A stretch of DNA of 64,000 nt from an uncultured Gemmatimonadales bacterium (GTDB taxonomy: Bacteria; Gemmatimonadota; Gemmatimonadetes; Longimicrobiales; RSA9). The stretch spans positions 96,001 to 160,000 of the forward strand of contig CAWCUS010000002.1 of the NCBI GenBank assembly GCA_963798845.1. The letters run 5' to 3'. Positions 23,499 to 33,065 of this stretch are shown piece after piece. Below the pieces are notes generated by a model. It ran no database searches and was not told the DNA's origin. It saw only the letters and a program-made list of their open reading frames with translations. A program made the translations under genes and the position numbers. Every line of letters starts with the position of its first letter. The stretch's first letter is position 1.

Positions 23499-24554
23499 TC
23501 AGGCCGGCTTGATGTCCAGCACCGGTGAGCCGTCGAGGGCGTCCAGCCCACGAACCTCGAGCTCGTTGCCGTCCATCGCCAGCAGCTCCACGACGGTGGC
23601 GCCGATCGGGTTCGGACGGCGCGGACTGCGCAGCGCGAACACGCCCCGCTCCGGCCTCGACGCATCGCCTCTCGGATGCTGGAGCAGCGATCCCCGCTCC
23701 GCGCGGTGGAAGACGAAGAGCACCAGGAGCCGGTCGCCCGTCTTCAGGCCGGTCAGCCCGGGCTTCAGCTCCGGCTCGATCACCAGGCGCGAAATGCCGC
23801 TCCGAAGCGTTTCCGGATCCGTCGGCGCCTCGAAGTCGCTCCTGACATGGCCGATCGGACGGAACGACTCGGTGACCGGCGCGGCCGTCGACACCGTCGT
23901 TGCGTGGTTCCGGACACCACGCCCTTCCGTCAGCCCCCGCAACCACACCTCCATCCCTGAATCGAGGATGCGGTCCAGGGAGCACGGCGCCAGATCCTCC
24001 GCGCCCGTGTGAACCTGCAGCGCCACCTGCAGCATCAGCCCGGACACGATCATCCGGGACGCGACCTCCGGGTCCACATCCGGCCGGAACTCCCCTCGCT
24101 CCACGCCCCCGCGGATCAGGTCCATGACCAGGAACCAGCCCCGGATCGGACCCTCCTCCACCCACATCCGGAACAGCGCCGGGAACCGTAGCCCGACCTC
24201 CCCGAACATGAGGCGGAACGTGTGGCCCCAGGCCGGCTCGAGCAGGTGCTGCCAGAGCCGGCGAAGCACGTGGCGGATCTTCACCGAAGCCGGCGCGTCG
24301 AGCTGCCTCAGCTCCCGCTCGACATCCAGGAAGATCGTGGCGTGGCGATATCGAACGGCCCGGCGGAGCAGGTCTTCCTTACCCTCGAAGTGGTAGTAGA
24401 TCGCTCCCTTCGTCAGACCTGCCTCATCGGCCACTTCCTCCAGCCGGGTGCCGTGGTACCCACGTGTGGCGAACACCCGGAACGCCGCGTTCAACAGCGC
24501 ATCCGGGGGAGAGAGGCGCGTCTTCTCCTGGTCGAGGGGCGATGCAGGGTCCAT
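23499..24554 (-). CDS. TetR/AcrR regulator fused to a TsaA/TrmO-like SAM-binding domain
   Basis: HTH (AAFRVFATRGY..T.LEEVA..AGLTKGAIYYHF.GKEDL); C-terminus FRPIGHVRS, LFVFH, RGVFALRSPRRPNPIG, GLDALDGSPVLDIKP. Confidence 0.88.
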   Translation of the reverse strand: MDPASPLDQEKTRLSPPDALLNAAFRVFATRGYHGTRLEEVADEAGLTKGAIYYHFEGKEDLLRRAVRYRHATIFLDVERELRQLDAPASVKIRHVLRRLWQHLLEPAWGHTFRLMFGEVGLRFPALFRMWVEEGPIRGWFLVMDLIRGGVERGEFRPDVDPEVASRMIVSGLMLQVALQVHTGAEDLAPCSLDRILDSGMEVWLRGLTEGRGVRNHATTVSTAAPVTESFRPIGHVRSDFEAPTDPETLRSGISRLVIEPELKPGLTGLKTGDRLLVLFVFHRAERGSLLQHPRGDASRPERGVFALRSPRRPNPIGATVVELLAMDGNELEVRGLDALDGSPVLDIKPA

Positions 24555-24849
24555 ACTATCAAGTCAAGTTATCGGACGTTCCGGTTCACCAGACATCCAA
24601 CCTACGCGCCTGCGTGTGCGTGGACAACGACTCTGTTGCAATCCAACTCGCCGCCCGCGAGGTTCATGTTCGACACCATACTCATCGGTAGTGCGCGCTG
24701 GAGAAGTATGGTGTTCCCGTCAGCGTGGGGACGCATGACTACTGAGCCGGGCGGACGGGTTCGGATCCCCTTCGCGTGAGGCGGGTAGCTCCCCCAGCAT
24801 GGCCGGGGCATCCTGCCGAGTTGGAGCGACACGAAGGAGCCAGGCTCAG

Positions 24850-25296
24850 GTGGAGAGGGAGCACGAGGGGCCGCGGGTCAGGCCGGGCGACATCGCCCCG
24901 GCGCAGCTGGATCCATGGTACGGCGAGCTGTTCGACGCCGTCGCCCTGCCGGTCCTCGCCCTCGACAGCGAGACGTGGCGGATCGTCGCGGCCAACCAGG
25001 CCGCCCTCGACCAGTACGGCTACGCCCGCGGCGAGTTCGTTGGCATGTCCGTTCTCGAGGTGCGCCCACCCGAGGGGCGGGACCAAGCGCGCGAGGTGCT
25101 CGAGGCGATACCGCAAGGCCTGTGGCGCACCCGGGGCGTGGCCCACTGTCGGAAGGACGGTTCGGTCTTCTGGGCGGACGTCTGGTCCCGCGACGCCATC
25201 ATCGACGGGGGTCTGGTCCGCATCTGCACCATCAGCGACGTCACCGACCGCGTCGAGCTCGAGCGGAAGCTCCACGACCCCGACCGCCCCGGCTGA
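24850..25296 (+). CDS. Stand-alone PAS domain protein
   Basis: LFDAVALPVL..D, IVAANQAA...YGYARGEFVGM, HCRKDGSVFW, SDVTDR; AAGGAG upstream of GTG. Confidence 0.8.
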   Translation: MEREHEGPRVRPGDIAPAQLDPWYGELFDAVALPVLALDSETWRIVAANQAALDQYGYARGEFVGMSVLEVRPPEGRDQAREVLEAIPQGLWRTRGVAHCRKDGSVFWADVWSRDAIIDGGLVRICTISDVTDRVELERKLHDPDRPG

Positions 25297-25336
25297 CCGG
25301 CAAGCCCCACGCCGGCGCCTCTGCTCGCGGTCGCAC

Positions 25337-25882
25337 TCAGTCGTCGTCGGCGAGCAGTCGGCTGCTGCCGCCGGGCCGGAAGACGCCGACGAGCTCTCGT
25401 ATGGCGTTGAGGAGCATGAGCACCACCGTCACCATCATCCCGCCGAGGATGGAGGAAACGCCGAGGAGCGTGTAGTACACCACGTTGTAGAAGTCCTGCA
25501 GCTGCTCGGACTCGTCCAGCGGGAAGGTCAGCACCATGAGCACGCCCACCGAGGTGATGAGGGTGATCACGGCCATGACGGAGGCCTGCTGGATCCGGCG
25601 GTAGTGGCGAGACTTCAGCTGGGCGTCCGTGTCCCTGCTCATGCCGAGGAGCGTGAGCATGAGGGCGAGGATGGTGGCGGACGCGGTCATGGTGGAGGAG
25701 GAGAGGAAACGGATGGTGGGCATGCTCGCCTCGAGGAGCCGTCGGGCCTCGTAGTCGCCGATCCGGCCCACGAGCGACATGACGCCCAGGGCGAAGAGGG
25801 CGGTGACGAGGCCTCCGGCAATGGCCCAGCGCGTGTCCACCAGGCGCGCTTCGCCGCCGTTGCCATCCTGTTCACCGCTCAC
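25337..25882 (-). CDS. Hypothetical 4-TM membrane protein
   Basis: Four hydrophobic helices, ASATILALMLTLL; AAGGA RBS before GTG. Confidence 0.7.
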   Translation of the reverse strand: MSGEQDGNGGEARLVDTRWAIAGGLVTALFALGVMSLVGRIGDYEARRLLEASMPTIRFLSSSTMTASATILALMLTLLGMSRDTDAQLKSRHYRRIQQASVMAVITLITSVGVLMVLTFPLDESEQLQDFYNVVYYTLLGVSSILGGMMVTVVLMLLNAIRELVGVFRPGGSSRLLADDD

Positions 25883-26103
25883 GCCATGGTCCTTTTCGGA
25901 GTGCTGACGAACCCCGCCGCGCGAGGTGCAACTATCAGTCCGGGCGGGCAGCGCCTCGTCCGGATCGAGCCGGGGTCCCGGAGGCGGCGGACACCTGACG
26001 GGTGGCGCGGCACACCCGATGCATTCGTCTTCGCGGGCGTGTACGTTGCCCCGGCGCCGTTGGAGCGCATCGAAGTCGCCCGAGCCCCCGGAGGATGCCC
26101 CAC

Positions 26104-27405
26104 GTGAACGACCGTCTCGAGGAGATCCACACGCGCGAGCTGCGCGAGCGACTGGCACGTGCGTCCACGCAGATCGTCGACGTCCGGCCGATCGATTCGT
26201 ACAACGGGTGGCGTCTCGATGGGGAGGCGCGCGGCGGCCACATCCCGGGCGCCCGCGCGCTGCCCCACAAGTGGAGCCGGTACCTGGACTGGATCGAGAT
26301 CGTCCGGTCGAAGGGACTCGACCCGGAGCGTCCGCTGGTGGTGTACGGACGAGACCGGACGGAGAGCGGGGAGGTGGCCGACCTCTTCCGCCGGTCGGGA
26401 TACGGGGACGTGCGCCTCTACCACGGCTTCGCCGACGAGTGGGCCGCGGACCCGTCGCTGCCCCTTGACCGCCTCGCCCGCTACCGCCACCTGGTTCCCG
26501 CCACGTGGCTCCGGCAGGTGATGACGGGCGGGCCGGCCCCCGAGCACGATGGCGGCCGGGTCGTCCTCTGCCATGCCCACTACCGCGACACGGGGGACTA
26601 CGAGACCGGCCACATCCCCGGTGCCCTGAGCCTGGACACCAACACCCTGGAATCGCCCGACACGTGGAACCGTCGCTCCCCCGCTGAAGTGCGTGAAGCG
26701 CTCCTCGGCCTCGGCATCACGGCGAACACCACGGTGGTGCTCTACGGCCGCTTTTCCTTCCCCGACAATGACGAGGCGTTCCCCGGCAGCAGCGCGGGGC
26801 AGTTGGCGGCGTTCCGGTGCGCGTTCATCATGCTGTGGGCCGGCGTGAAGGACGTGCGGGTGCTGAACGGCGGGCTTCAGTCGTGGCTCGACGCCGGATT
26901 CGAGACGAGCACGGAGGCGGCGGAGCCGGAGGCGGCCGAGGCGTTCGGGGTCGCCATTCCGGCGTCGCCGGAGCTGGCGGTGGACCTGGCGGAGGCGAAG
27001 CAGATCCTCGCGTCGCCGGAGGCGAACCTGGTGAGCGTGCGGAGCTGGCGTGAGTACATCGGCGAGGTGAGCGGCTACAACTACATCGAGAAGAAGGGGC
27101 GGATTCCGGGCTCCGTGTTCGGCAACTGCGGCAGCGACGCGTACCACATGGAGAACTACCGAAACCTCGATCACACCACGCGCGAATACGGCGAGGTGGT
27201 GAATGAGTGGCGCAGCGCGGGGATCACGCCCGAGAAGCACAACGCGTTCTACTGCGGCACGGGCTGGCGGGGGAGTGAGGCCTTCTTCAACGCGTGGCTG
27301 CTGGGGTGGCCGCGCGTGTCCGTCTACGACGGCGGCTGGTTCGAGTGGAGCAGCGACCCGGCCAACCCCGTGGAAACGGGCGAGCCCGGAGAACGGGCGG
27401 CGTGA
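26104..27405 (+). CDS. Three-domain rhodanese sulfurtransferase (YnjE-like)
   Basis: GHIPGA repeats, active loop YCGTGWRG, C-terminal VYDGGWFEWS. Confidence 0.9.
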   Translation: MNDRLEEIHTRELRERLARASTQIVDVRPIDSYNGWRLDGEARGGHIPGARALPHKWSRYLDWIEIVRSKGLDPERPLVVYGRDRTESGEVADLFRRSGYGDVRLYHGFADEWAADPSLPLDRLARYRHLVPATWLRQVMTGGPAPEHDGGRVVLCHAHYRDTGDYETGHIPGALSLDTNTLESPDTWNRRSPAEVREALLGLGITANTTVVLYGRFSFPDNDEAFPGSSAGQLAAFRCAFIMLWAGVKDVRVLNGGLQSWLDAGFETSTEAAEPEAAEAFGVAIPASPELAVDLAEAKQILASPEANLVSVRSWREYIGEVSGYNYIEKKGRIPGSVFGNCGSDAYHMENYRNLDHTTREYGEVVNEWRSAGITPEKHNAFYCGTGWRGSEAFFNAWLLGWPRVSVYDGGWFEWSSDPANPVETGEPGERAA

Positions 27406-27863
27406 GCGAGCCGGGAACGGCCGCCACGTCGGGGTCCCGGCGGACGATGGCGGAGGTGGAAGCGGAGATCGTGGCCGAGATGGCCGGGCTGGACGATCCA
27501 CTCGCCCGCTACGAGTACCTGGTGCGGCGGGGGCGGGAGCTCGAGGCGCCGGAGCCGTCCATCCGGGTGGATGAGTTCGCCGTCCCCGGGTGCGAGTCGC
27601 GAGTCTGGATCCGCGCCCGGCCCGCGGACGGGCGGCTGCGCCTGAGCGCGGACGCGGAAGCCATGATCACGCGCGGGATCGTCGCCCTTCTCCTGCGCGT
27701 CCTGAACGACCGGAAACCCGCCGAGATCCTCGCCGCCGACCTGGGCTTTCTCGACCGCACCGGACTGCGCACGCATCTCTCGCCCGCGCGCGCCAACGGG
27801 TTGGCGGAGATGGTGCGGCGCATCCGTCAGCACGCCGAAGCGGCGACGAGCTCGCGGAGATAA
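27402..27863 (+). CDS. sufE: SufE family sulfur acceptor
   Basis: RYEYL, VPGCESRVW, ITRGIVALL, LSPARANGL; GTGA overlap. Confidence 0.9.
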   Translation: MSEPGTAATSGSRRTMAEVEAEIVAEMAGLDDPLARYEYLVRRGRELEAPEPSIRVDEFAVPGCESRVWIRARPADGRLRLSADAEAMITRGIVALLLRVLNDRKPAEILAADLGFLDRTGLRTHLSPARANGLAEMVRRIRQHAEAATSSRR

Positions 27864-27950
27864 GCCCCGCCCGGGCCTCTTGCCCCCTCGCCGTGCGGCC
27901 CCCTACCATCCGGTTTCCACGCCCTCGTCCCCAACCCGGGTCGCCACACG

Positions 27951-28604
27951 ATGCCCCTCGACCGCGGACTCCTCGACCAGCAGCTCGACGACCTCGGCGA
28001 AGGGTCGCTCTGGTGGGACGTGCGCGAGATGCGCGACCTGCCCACCGTCCTGCACGCCGACGAGCGCATCCTCGCCCTCGGGCGCGGGAAGATCGCCCGC
28101 GGCCGCTGGCTCCGCCGAACCTGGCTCATCGCGGTCACCGACCAGCGCCTCCTCTGCATGCACTCCGAGCGGCGGCCAGGGTGGCGCCAGCTGGAGATGT
28201 CAGGGCGCCAGATCGAGCGCGCCAGGCTCCGCGTCGGTCCCTTCCGGGGCCGCGTCATCGTCGTCGCCGCCGGCCGCAAGTACCGGTTCCTCGTGCGACG
28301 GGCAGAAGGGTACAAGCTCCTGCGCGCCCTCTCCTACTTCGATCCGCCCGCCTACAGCCTCCTTCCCGGCTTCCGACCGGGGCGCATGGTACGGCAGGTG
28401 CTCGACCACATGATGGCACTCCCCGCCGTCGCCCTCGGTCCCGATGTCGCCACCACCAACGCGGCCGCCGCCGAGGCCGGGCGCCTCCAGGACCGGCTGG
28501 ACACCCTCGAACAGCAGAACCAGCACCTCCAGGAGCAGGTGGACTTCCTGGAGAACCTGCTGCGCGAGAAGAACGCGCTGCCCGCGGCCGGCAGGCCCGA
28601 GTAG
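27951..28604 (+). CDS. Hypothetical protein with bacterial PH-like domain and C-terminal coiled coil
   Basis: L..DERIL....G, LIAVTDQRLL; heptad RLQDRLDTLEQQNQHLQEQVDFLE. Confidence 0.65.
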   Translation: MPLDRGLLDQQLDDLGEGSLWWDVREMRDLPTVLHADERILALGRGKIARGRWLRRTWLIAVTDQRLLCMHSERRPGWRQLEMSGRQIERARLRVGPFRGRVIVVAAGRKYRFLVRRAEGYKLLRALSYFDPPAYSLLPGFRPGRMVRQVLDHMMALPAVALGPDVATTNAAAAEAGRLQDRLDTLEQQNQHLQEQVDFLENLLREKNALPAAGRPE

Positions 28605-28631
28605 CGCCCCCGAAGCCCGGCGGGGGGAGCC

Positions 28632-30428
28632 ATGAGGAAGTCCATGAAGGAAACGGCGCGGGTGGCGCTCGCTGTGGCGCTCTTCGTCGGCGGCTGCGCG
28701 AGGGCGGGGGCACCGCCTTCCGCCCCCGCCGAGGTCGCCCCGGGGGAACGGGCCGGGCCGCTGCCGGAGCCGGGCTTCGCCTATCGGCCGCTGGAGAGCC
28801 GGGCGGGGATCGACGTCGTTTCATACCGGCTGTCGCTCGATTTCGGGGGTATCGCGGACAGCGTTCTGTCGGCCACGGCGGAGCTGCGGGTGCACGCGGC
28901 CGTCCGGCTGGCCGAGCTGCCGCTGGACCTGGTCGGGCTGGAGGTTCGGGCGGTGCGGCTGGATGGCGATGCGGTGCCCTACGACTACGATGGGGTGCTG
29001 CTGAGGGTGAGGCCGGCCAGGCCGATCGCGGCGGGGGACACGGTGACGGTGGCGGTGGACTACGGCGGGCGTCCGAAGGAGGGGCTGTTCTTCGACACCG
29101 ATGCGAACGGCGGCGCCACGGCGTTCGCGGACAACTGGCCGAACCGGGCGCGCTGGTGGTTCCCGTCCAACGACCACCCCTCGGACAAGGCCACCGTCGC
29201 GTTCGACGTGCGGGTCCCGGCCGGGCTGGAGGTGGTGGCGAACGGGCGGCTGGTGTCCTCCCTTCCGGATCGGGAGCGCCCGGGTGGCACGGAATGGCGC
29301 TGGTCGAGCGCCGTGCCGATCCCCACGTACACCATGGTGGTCGGCGTCGCGGACTTCGCCCGCGCGGTGCTGGGGGAGGCCGCGTGCGGCGAGGCGCCGG
29401 TGTCGCCCGGGCGGTGCGCCGAGGTCTCCGTGTGGGCGCTGGCCGGAGACAGCGCCTACGCCGTGGAGCGCTTCGCGAGGGCGCCGGACATGATCGACTA
29501 TCTCGCCGCAGTGATCGGACCGTTTCCCTACGCCAAGCTGGCGCACGTGGAGTCGGCCACCCGTTTCGGCGGCATGGAGAACGCGAGCGCCATCTTCTAT
29601 CCGCGGGGGCAGTGGGAGCGAAAGCGGATGGGCGAGAGCGTGATCGCGCACGAGAGCGTGCACCAGTGGTTCGGCGATGACGTAACGGAATCGCGCTGGC
29701 GCGACCTCTGGCTGAGCGAGGGCTTCGCCAGCTACTTCGACCCGCTCTACTACGAGTCGCGGGACGGCGGCGCGACGTTCCGGGCGAGGATGGAGCGGGC
29801 CCGCCAGCAGTACGTGACGTCTGCGGAGGTGGACCACCCGATCGTGTTCGACACGACGGCGCTCTACTGGCTGCTGAACGCGAACAACTACCAGAAGGGG
29901 GCGTGGGTGCTGCACATGCTGCGGGGCGAGGTGGGCGACAGCGCTTTCTTCCGGGGCGTCCGCCGCTACCGGGACGCCAACGCGCACGGGAACGCGAGCA
30001 CGGCGGACTTCGAGCGGGCCATGGAGGCGGCGTCCGGGGAGGATCTGGGCTGGTTCTTCCGTCAGTGGCTGTTCGAGCCTGGCTACCCGCAGCTGACCGT
30101 CGAGTGGCAGGACGAGCCCGGGGAACGCGCCGGGACGGCGAACGGGGAAGGCGCCGGGACGGCGAGCGGGGCCGGCCGGACGGTGGTCGCGGTGGTGCGT
30201 CAGACACAGGACGGGGCGTGGCCCACCTTTCGGATTCCCACGGTGCTGCTCGTCACGCTCGAGGACGGCCGGAAAGTGAGCCGCGACGTGGTGCTGGAGG
30301 CGCGGGCGGAAACGCTGCGCGTGAGCGTCCCCGCCCTGCCGTCGGCGGTCACCCTCGACCCTGACGATCGGATCCTGAAGACGCTGCAGGTGCGGCGGGC
30401 CGGGTCGCGGTCGGCCGCGGGCGGTTGA
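28632..30428 (+). CDS. M1 family metallo-aminopeptidase, lipoprotein
   Basis: Lipobox VGGC, GGMEN, HESVHQWFG...WLSEGFA (HExxH-x18-E), YQKGAWVLHML. Confidence 0.92.
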   Translation: MRKSMKETARVALAVALFVGGCARAGAPPSAPAEVAPGERAGPLPEPGFAYRPLESRAGIDVVSYRLSLDFGGIADSVLSATAELRVHAAVRLAELPLDLVGLEVRAVRLDGDAVPYDYDGVLLRVRPARPIAAGDTVTVAVDYGGRPKEGLFFDTDANGGATAFADNWPNRARWWFPSNDHPSDKATVAFDVRVPAGLEVVANGRLVSSLPDRERPGGTEWRWSSAVPIPTYTMVVGVADFARAVLGEAACGEAPVSPGRCAEVSVWALAGDSAYAVERFARAPDMIDYLAAVIGPFPYAKLAHVESATRFGGMENASAIFYPRGQWERKRMGESVIAHESVHQWFGDDVTESRWRDLWLSEGFASYFDPLYYESRDGGATFRARMERARQQYVTSAEVDHPIVFDTTALYWLLNANNYQKGAWVLHMLRGEVGDSAFFRGVRRYRDANAHGNASTADFERAMEAASGEDLGWFFRQWLFEPGYPQLTVEWQDEPGERAGTANGEGAGTASGAGRTVVAVVRQTQDGAWPTFRIPTVLLVTLEDGRKVSRDVVLEARAETLRVSVPALPSAVTLDPDDRILKTLQVRRAGSRSAAGG

Positions 30429-30729
30429 CGCCGGGGGCGATGGCGCGCCAGACGGCCGGCGAGGGCTGGCGTCGCCCGTTGCGGGACGCGACCAGCGCTG
30501 CCACGCCGGAGGGCGAGAGCCTGTAGGCCGGCAGCGCCCCGCCGCTGCGCGGGTCGGCGACACGCTCGATGAGCCCCTCGTCGTGGAGCCTGCGCACCAC
30601 CTCCCCCACGTGGGCGCGGAGCACCGGCCAGCTTCGAGGGATCTCGTGAACGGTCCGGTAGGCGGGCCCCTCCAGCGCCTCCAGCACCTGCTTCCGCAAC
30701 GCCATCACGCTCGGGTTGTTCGGGTTCAT
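30349..30729 (-). CDS. Small winged-helix-like protein
   Basis: GGAGGTG RBS; VLEAL...VVRRLHDEGLIER...YRLSPSG wHTH pattern; 3' end overlaps peptidase. Confidence 0.6.
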   Translation of the reverse strand: MNPNNPSVMALRKQVLEALEGPAYRTVHEIPRSWPVLRAHVGEVVRRLHDEGLIERVADPRSGGALPAYRLSPSGVAALVASRNGRRQPSPAVWRAIAPGVNRPRPTATRPAAPAASSGSDRQGRG

Positions 30730-30755
30730 GATCACCTCCGTGATCGTCCGTGGGT

Positions 30756-31409
30756 TCACAGGAGCGGCGTGAGGACGGCCGTGGCGATGAGCGCCGCGGC
30801 CCACACCGCGTTCAGGTTGATCCAGACTGCCCGGAGCAGGCGCAGGCCGAGCTTCTCGTAGACCAGCACCGCGATGGCGCCGGTGACCAGGAGGTAGCCG
30901 GCGGTGTGGACGGCCGTGGCGAGGAGCCCCATCGCCTCCCCCCCGGCCATGCCCGCAGCGAGCATGTGCATGCCGTGCGCCGATCCGTGCGCATCGCCGC
31001 CGACGGCGGGAGCCATGGCCCCCAGCACGAAGGGGAGGACCATGAGCCCGGCCCCGTGCGCCGACGCCATCAGGAACGACCATACGGTCAGATCCCGGGG
31101 TCCCACGCGCATGCCGCCCCAGCGCGGGTGCCGATGCCGTGCCAGGTGGAAGGTGCCGAAGGCGAAGAGCGCCCCGGCGACGATCCACTTCAGCACGCCC
31201 GTGGGCACCGCCACGCCTACGGCGGCAGCGAGCACCACGACCAGCGCGATGGCAAGGGCATGGCCGAGCGCCATGGGGCCCAGGGCGCGCCAGACCGCGG
31301 CGCGCTTCTGCTCCTGGAGCCCGAGGCCGACGGCGAACAGCCAGCCCATGGCCGGGTTCAGCCCGTGCGCGGCGCCCAGGAGCACCATGGTGATGAGCAG
31401 CGTGGTCAT
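30756..31409 (-). CDS. His-containing membrane protein downstream of SBP56
   Basis: HGLNPAMGWLFAV, GHALA, WSFLMASAHGAGLM, WINLNAVW. Confidence 0.8.
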   Translation of the reverse strand: MTTLLITMVLLGAAHGLNPAMGWLFAVGLGLQEQKRAAVWRALGPMALGHALAIALVVVLAAAVGVAVPTGVLKWIVAGALFAFGTFHLARHRHPRWGGMRVGPRDLTVWSFLMASAHGAGLMVLPFVLGAMAPAVGGDAHGSAHGMHMLAAGMAGGEAMGLLATAVHTAGYLLVTGAIAVLVYEKLGLRLLRAVWINLNAVWAAALIATAVLTPLL

Positions 31410-31417
31410 GGCGCGCC

Positions 31418-32821
31418 TCAGGCGTAGCAGAAGGAGTCGGACGACGCGTCGCCGCCCTGGAGCCGCACCTGGTGCGGGCGCAGCCCTTCCTCGAACTCGA
31501 CGAAGAAGCGGGGGTCGAACGCCATGCCGCCCGCCGGGCTCGTGTCGATGCGCGCCATCCACCCCTTGATCCCGTCGGGATAGAACTGGGCGTCCCACGG
31601 CGTGTACAGCGAGTTCGTCAGGTAGACGCGCTTTCCGTCGCGGCTGACCTCCACCATCTGCGCGCCACCGTTCAGCGGCTGGTCCGGCCTCGCGGGGTGT
31701 GCCGCCCGCCGCACGATCCCGCCGATCTCCAGCGACCCCGTGAGCTTCGGCTCGAACGGATCGCTGACGTCGTACTGCAGCAGCTCGCCCGTCCCCCAGC
31801 AGCTGACGTAGAGGAAGCGGTCGTCCAGCGACAGATTGATGTCCGTAACCAGCGGCGGCACGGCCCCGAACGGGGCGATCACGGGCGGCAGATCGGCCGG
31901 GTCCGCCGTCTGGGCCGGGATGGTGATGACCTTCTTCGTCTTCCAGCGGCCGGAGTCCGTGTCCATGTACCAGAGGAAGATCGAGCTGGACAGGTCCTCG
32001 AGGCTGATGACCACGCCCACGAAGCCATAGGCGCGGCGCGGATTGTGGGCGGGCCGGAGCTCCAGCACCATCTGCTGCTCCTCTCCCAGCGACAGCGCCT
32101 CCAGGTGCTTGCGGGACTTCAGGTCCCAGATGTGGAGCGAGTTGCCGTACTTCCCGCCCATGAGGAGATCACCGTTCACGCCGTCCTTCACCATGTTCGG
32201 CGTCCCCCACTCGCTGGTGATCAGGGTGTCGTAGCCGAGGTGCCACCAGAAATCGTACGACAGCTGTTGCGGGCCCCGCTCCCTCTCCCATGCCCCCTTC
32301 AGCTCGAACGTCTCGTGGTCGAGCATGAAGATCCCGCCGGGACCATTCCCGTCGGGCGCGCCCAGCGCGTTCATGTAGATGCCGTCGGGGCCGCAGTGCA
32401 CCGTGTGAGGCGCGGCGTAGCCGGTCCGCCGCATGACCTCCTCAGGCTCGATCACCTTCACGAGCGTGGGGGAGCGGGGGTCCGGCTTCGTGTCCACGAC
32501 GTGGATCCGGGAGCTGTTGGTTCCGGGCACCACCAGGTAGCGGCGCTCCATGTGGGGGTTGGCGGCATAGCCGCACAGGTGCGAGCTGCACGCGTTCCAG
32601 CCGAAGTGGTGCAGCTCGTTGCCGGCGTCCGGGAAGTCCACGCGGCCGATCAGGGTGCCGTAGTCGCCCGACGCGGGGTCCGTGTCGATCACGCCGAGCG
32701 CGTCGGTCTTGCCGTTGCCGGCGTCGGCGAGGAGCGCCACGTACGCGAGCTTCTCCGCCGGGGCTTCGCCCGCCAGCGCAGGCGAGGGGTAGAACGTCGG
32801 GTCCGGAAGCATGCGAGCCAT
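31418..32821 (-). CDS. Selenium-binding protein SBP56 / methanethiol oxidase family
   Basis: ELHHFGWNACSS, PHTVHC, YDFWWH, SEWG, LSLDDRFLYVSCWG, QMVE.S.DG.RVY.TNSLY..WD.QFYP, GGDASSD. Confidence 0.92.
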   Translation of the reverse strand: MARMLPDPTFYPSPALAGEAPAEKLAYVALLADAGNGKTDALGVIDTDPASGDYGTLIGRVDFPDAGNELHHFGWNACSSHLCGYAANPHMERRYLVVPGTNSSRIHVVDTKPDPRSPTLVKVIEPEEVMRRTGYAAPHTVHCGPDGIYMNALGAPDGNGPGGIFMLDHETFELKGAWERERGPQQLSYDFWWHLGYDTLITSEWGTPNMVKDGVNGDLLMGGKYGNSLHIWDLKSRKHLEALSLGEEQQMVLELRPAHNPRRAYGFVGVVISLEDLSSSIFLWYMDTDSGRWKTKKVITIPAQTADPADLPPVIAPFGAVPPLVTDINLSLDDRFLYVSCWGTGELLQYDVSDPFEPKLTGSLEIGGIVRRAAHPARPDQPLNGGAQMVEVSRDGKRVYLTNSLYTPWDAQFYPDGIKGWMARIDTSPAGGMAFDPRFFVEFEEGLRPHQVRLQGGDASSDSFCYA

Positions 32822-33065
32822 CTCTTCATCTCCTGTCGCGGGTCTTGTCGGTTCTCGGATGGGGATGCGCGGAAAGGCGGAGGGAGCGGACACGCGGGTG
32901 CGGACTGGACGTCGCGGCCTCGCCGGAAGGGGGGGCGCTGCGGCGATCGGGAGGGCGGCGCTGCGGCGCCAGGAGGGCGGGTCCTGGCGGCGCTCGGAGG
33001 GGGCGCTCGCGGACTCGGCGAGGGGCCCGGCTGCGGCGCGCGGCGCGTGGAGGTGTGCGGCGGAT

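Noticed and set aside
24602..24832. Small minus-strand ORF in the TetR/PAS intergenic region
   Set aside because: Atypical codon usage; more likely divergent promoter DNA.
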